A DNA stretch of 41,633 nucleotides, taken from contig CAZWPQ010000008.1 of assembly GCA_964636085.1 (NCBI GenBank), positions 1 to 41,633 of the forward strand. Direction: 5' to 3'. Made by a program: the position numbers and the translations under genes. Source of the DNA: an uncultured Nitrososphaerota archaeon. Lineage in GTDB: Archaea; Asgardarchaeota; Njordarchaeia; Njordarchaeales; Panguiarchaeaceae. Under the pieces are notes generated by a model, which saw only the letters and a list, made by a program, of their open reading frames with translations, was not told where the DNA came from and searched no databases. This document shows, in pieces, positions 39,059 through 41,633 of this stretch (positions are counted from its first letter, which is position 1; each line of letters opens with the position of its first letter).

Positions 39059-40780
39059 CTATTTACCTGTTTTTAAATTGAGGGGACTATCTATTATTTC
39101 CTTTATATAGAGTTTTAGTTGTTGTATCTGCGTGTCGTCATTTATTTCCTCTAATCTATTTATTATATTTAGGACAATTCCATTATCGACTTGGCATTCT
39201 AGATGTTCTAATAGTCTTATTGCCTCAATAATGAACTTCCTGCCTAAATTCTTCTCAGCTTTATAAATTATGTTTCCCGTTTTTACAAGCAATTTCAATC
39301 TGTCCTCGATGGAAAGCTGGTCGATCTGCTCCCTAATATAGCTACACAGCTCTGCCCCCCAGATCCTGTTTCTTATGATAATGGCATGACATATTTCTGC
39401 AAGCTTTTCTATTCCGTGTATTGGATTGCTATATAGTTCAATGTTGCGTAATTCCTCCCTAAGAAGCTCATCAATAATAGGTGATTGTAACCGCGAAAGG
39501 AGAGGGAGATATTTATAAAAATTGTCTTTATCTCGTCTTATTCTCCTTACAATGAAGTGTCTCAAGAATTCGTCAATTTTTTTGGGGAAAAACTCTTGCA
39601 TATTTGATAATAGAAGAATTGCGTCCTCCACGAAGTTGTATCTTAACGACTCCTCGACCAGAGATTCAGTCAGCATAAAAGAAAATGGTATATCTATCCC
39701 AGATATATTCTTGAGCACCTTTGTTATCCATTCTATATCGCCAACCTCTAAGCTTGCTATAATTGTCTGATTATGCCTTAATTGACCATAGGCCTTGTAT
39801 ATGTCAATCCTAGAGGACGCATTAATGATTGCCGATTGGATATATAAAAATGTCTTCTCTGAAACTTTCTGCATCCTCAGAAGTCTCCTCGAAACGAAAT
39901 CTATTTTATCCAATACGTCCAAGTCATCCATAGCTTTACCACATTCTAGAGCTAACCTAGCGAGATATTTGCCTCCATCTCTAGAAAAATATGTACTCGA
40001 TAACATCATGTCGAGGTACTTTAATCCCTCGGTCTCATTGAATACATATATGTACGGAACAGCTAGTGACAAAAACTTCAGCTTGTCCAAAGAGAAATTC
40101 CAGAAAAGTTCTATCCCCTCATCATACCAAGATTTTGCGATCCTAATAGCTTCAGTATCAAGAAAAACCCGCCTATATCTAGATGCTATTTTGATCAACG
40201 AGAGAGCCCTATGGAATGTGGAATCAATATCCTTCGTAAGTTCATAACAAAGATGAAATATGGAATCAGCATCAGAAAAATCCTTAAAATATACGGCCTC
40301 TCCAATATTCAAATATGCATCAATTTTCTGAAGAACATCAAGCTTACTAATCAAGGGCGCTAGACTATTGAGTATTCTATCCCCCCTCGAGAACTGTCTC
40401 CCAATATAGCAAAGTTTTATAGCCTTAGAAAGATAATAAATCCTGTCAGGAATCCTACTAATGTTTCTCGATGAAGACAATAGCCTCTCCAATAAGTAAG
40501 TAAAAAGATCCGAGCTATATGGTGTCAAATCACAGAGAGCAGCATAATAATCAGCCTTCTCGTATATAGATAGTGAACTACTTAGAGCCTTACCAAGCTC
40601 CCTAATCATTCGAACCCTTATTTCATTCATATCAGTACCCAAGTTTATTAATTCTAGCAATCTTCCCCACAGAATTAGGCTGCCCCTACCATACATATGT
40701 ATTTCATCGAGTAGTTGATTATATAATCCTAAAAAATTGCTAGACAGAGTAGCCCTGTGTTGCGTCGACATCATAATCAC
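39059..40780 (-). CDS. Alpha-solenoid (TPR-like) repeat protein
   Basis: Repeated helical-hairpin units such as YELTKDIDSTFHRALSLIKIASRY; no TM. Confidence 0.6.
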   Translation of the reverse strand: MIMMSTQHRATLSSNFLGLYNQLLDEIHMYGRGSLILWGRLLELINLGTDMNEIRVRMIRELGKALSSSLSIYEKADYYAALCDLTPYSSDLFTYLLERLLSSSRNISRIPDRIYYLSKAIKLCYIGRQFSRGDRILNSLAPLISKLDVLQKIDAYLNIGEAVYFKDFSDADSIFHLCYELTKDIDSTFHRALSLIKIASRYRRVFLDTEAIRIAKSWYDEGIELFWNFSLDKLKFLSLAVPYIYVFNETEGLKYLDMMLSSTYFSRDGGKYLARLALECGKAMDDLDVLDKIDFVSRRLLRMQKVSEKTFLYIQSAIINASSRIDIYKAYGQLRHNQTIIASLEVGDIEWITKVLKNISGIDIPFSFMLTESLVEESLRYNFVEDAILLLSNMQEFFPKKIDEFLRHFIVRRIRRDKDNFYKYLPLLSRLQSPIIDELLREELRNIELYSNPIHGIEKLAEICHAIIIRNRIWGAELCSYIREQIDQLSIEDRLKLLVKTGNIIYKAEKNLGRKFIIEAIRLLEHLECQVDNGIVLNIINRLEEINDDTQIQQLKLYIKEIIDSPLNLKTGK

Positions 40781-40942
40781 ACTTAATGATTTGTTAAATA
40801 AAGTTAAACAAATATCTAATATATTATCTGAATATTACTTAATTTAATATTAACTTTCCGTATTATGTTATTTATAAGGAGAATAGGGGTTTATTATATG
40901 TTAGATAACATCTATCGTTTATTTGCATGGAGGTAAATATCG

Positions 40943-41633
40943 ATGTCTGTATCAACCGCGGAATTGTTGGCTACTGAGCTTTCGAAATTGTTTAATAGGA
41001 GTTTTAGTCTGTTAAATGGTAGGTATTATATTTATTTAATTGAGGGGGATGATTCATCTCGTATTACCTTGTATGAGCAGGAGGGTAAACTTATAGTTGA
41101 AAATTTTCTCCCTAAATTCTCAAGGGAATATGTTGATTATGTCATCAATGTTGTTGATAGGTTCGTCCAGTTTGAATATGTATATGAGGGAGGCGTCCCC
41201 AAATTAGTATTTGCCTCGGGTCCAGAGATTGTGCCCAAAATTATCTCTTTCTTGGTAAGGATTTATAATATAGTTAGTCTCGAGTATCCCTCCGAGTCCA
41301 TATCCGTGTTTGGTGGCTTTAAGATTCGTTTTCTTGGCACCACCTTCTCTGTTATTTCTTCACATAATTCTCTTTGCGGCTTATTCATGGAGAACTTCTG
41401 TACTCTACCAGATGCCTTTGGTTGGTATAAGAGTTTCTTGGGTGATGATAATATTAGAATTCCTGTTCTATCTTGGAGATATGGGGGAAAGCTACTTTCC
41501 TATGTCCCTAACGATCGAGGCGATCTGGTTGTTTTTGATGTCTCGGATCTGGCTAATAAGATCCGGGAGTTGTTGGAATTAACGAAATCCAATCTGAAGA
41601 TCGATGAGGATTATGAGGTCTTCTCAAAAATGC
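40943..41633 (+). CDS. Hypothetical protein, 3'-truncated by the window edge (absent from the ORF track)
   Basis: GGAGGT RBS at 40929-40934 and ATG at 40943; frame MSVSTAELLATELSKLFNRSF...DEDYEVFSKM is open for 230 codons to the end. Confidence 0.75.
   Translation, partial: MSVSTAELLATELSKLFNRSFSLLNGRYYIYLIEGDDSSRITLYEQEGKLIVENFLPKFSREYVDYVINVVDRFVQFEYVYEGGVPKLVFASGPEIVPKIISFLVRIYNIVSLEYPSESISVFGGFKIRFLGTTFSVISSHNSLCGLFMENFCTLPDAFGWYKSFLGDDNIRIPVLSWRYGGKLLSYVPNDRGDLVVFDVSDLANKIRELLELTKSNLKIDEDYEVFSKM

Noticed and set aside
40789-40851. Short inverted repeats ATTTGTT/AACAAAT and AATATTA/TAATATT
   Set aside because: Extremely AT-rich context; not distinguishable from chance
41310-41582. 90 aa ORF in the track
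   Set aside because: Out-of-frame shadow inside the longer RBS-supported ORF from 40943

Overview
AT-rich archaeal chromosomal region with GGTGA/GGAGG-type RBSs, TTTATA-type boxes, an archaeal FEN1 with PIP box and a Pyrococcus-type LrpA. Two proteins with predicted longin-like N-terminal domains suggest an Asgard-type archaeon (inference only). The window carries four large C-terminally anchored surface proteins: a jelly-roll/CARDB repeat protein, two paralogous beta-helix-like giants and a clostripain. It also has two rhomboid proteases, enzymes (GH31, HIT, macro domain, PAP2, AlkP-family, pyruvate kinase), a tandem YbjN-like pair and decayed accessory DNA (frameshifted vapC, MNT remnant, 1.6 kb pseudogene). 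The clearest unexplained structure is a ~115 bp direct repeat duplicating the 3' end of fen1, including its PCNA-binding box. The repeat brackets a DUF433/DUF5615 toxin-antitoxin pair and sits next to a perfect 14 bp inverted repeat in the leader of a giant surface-protein gene. No rRNA, tRNA or CRISPR array was recognised. All family calls come from motif recognition by eye, with no database searches.
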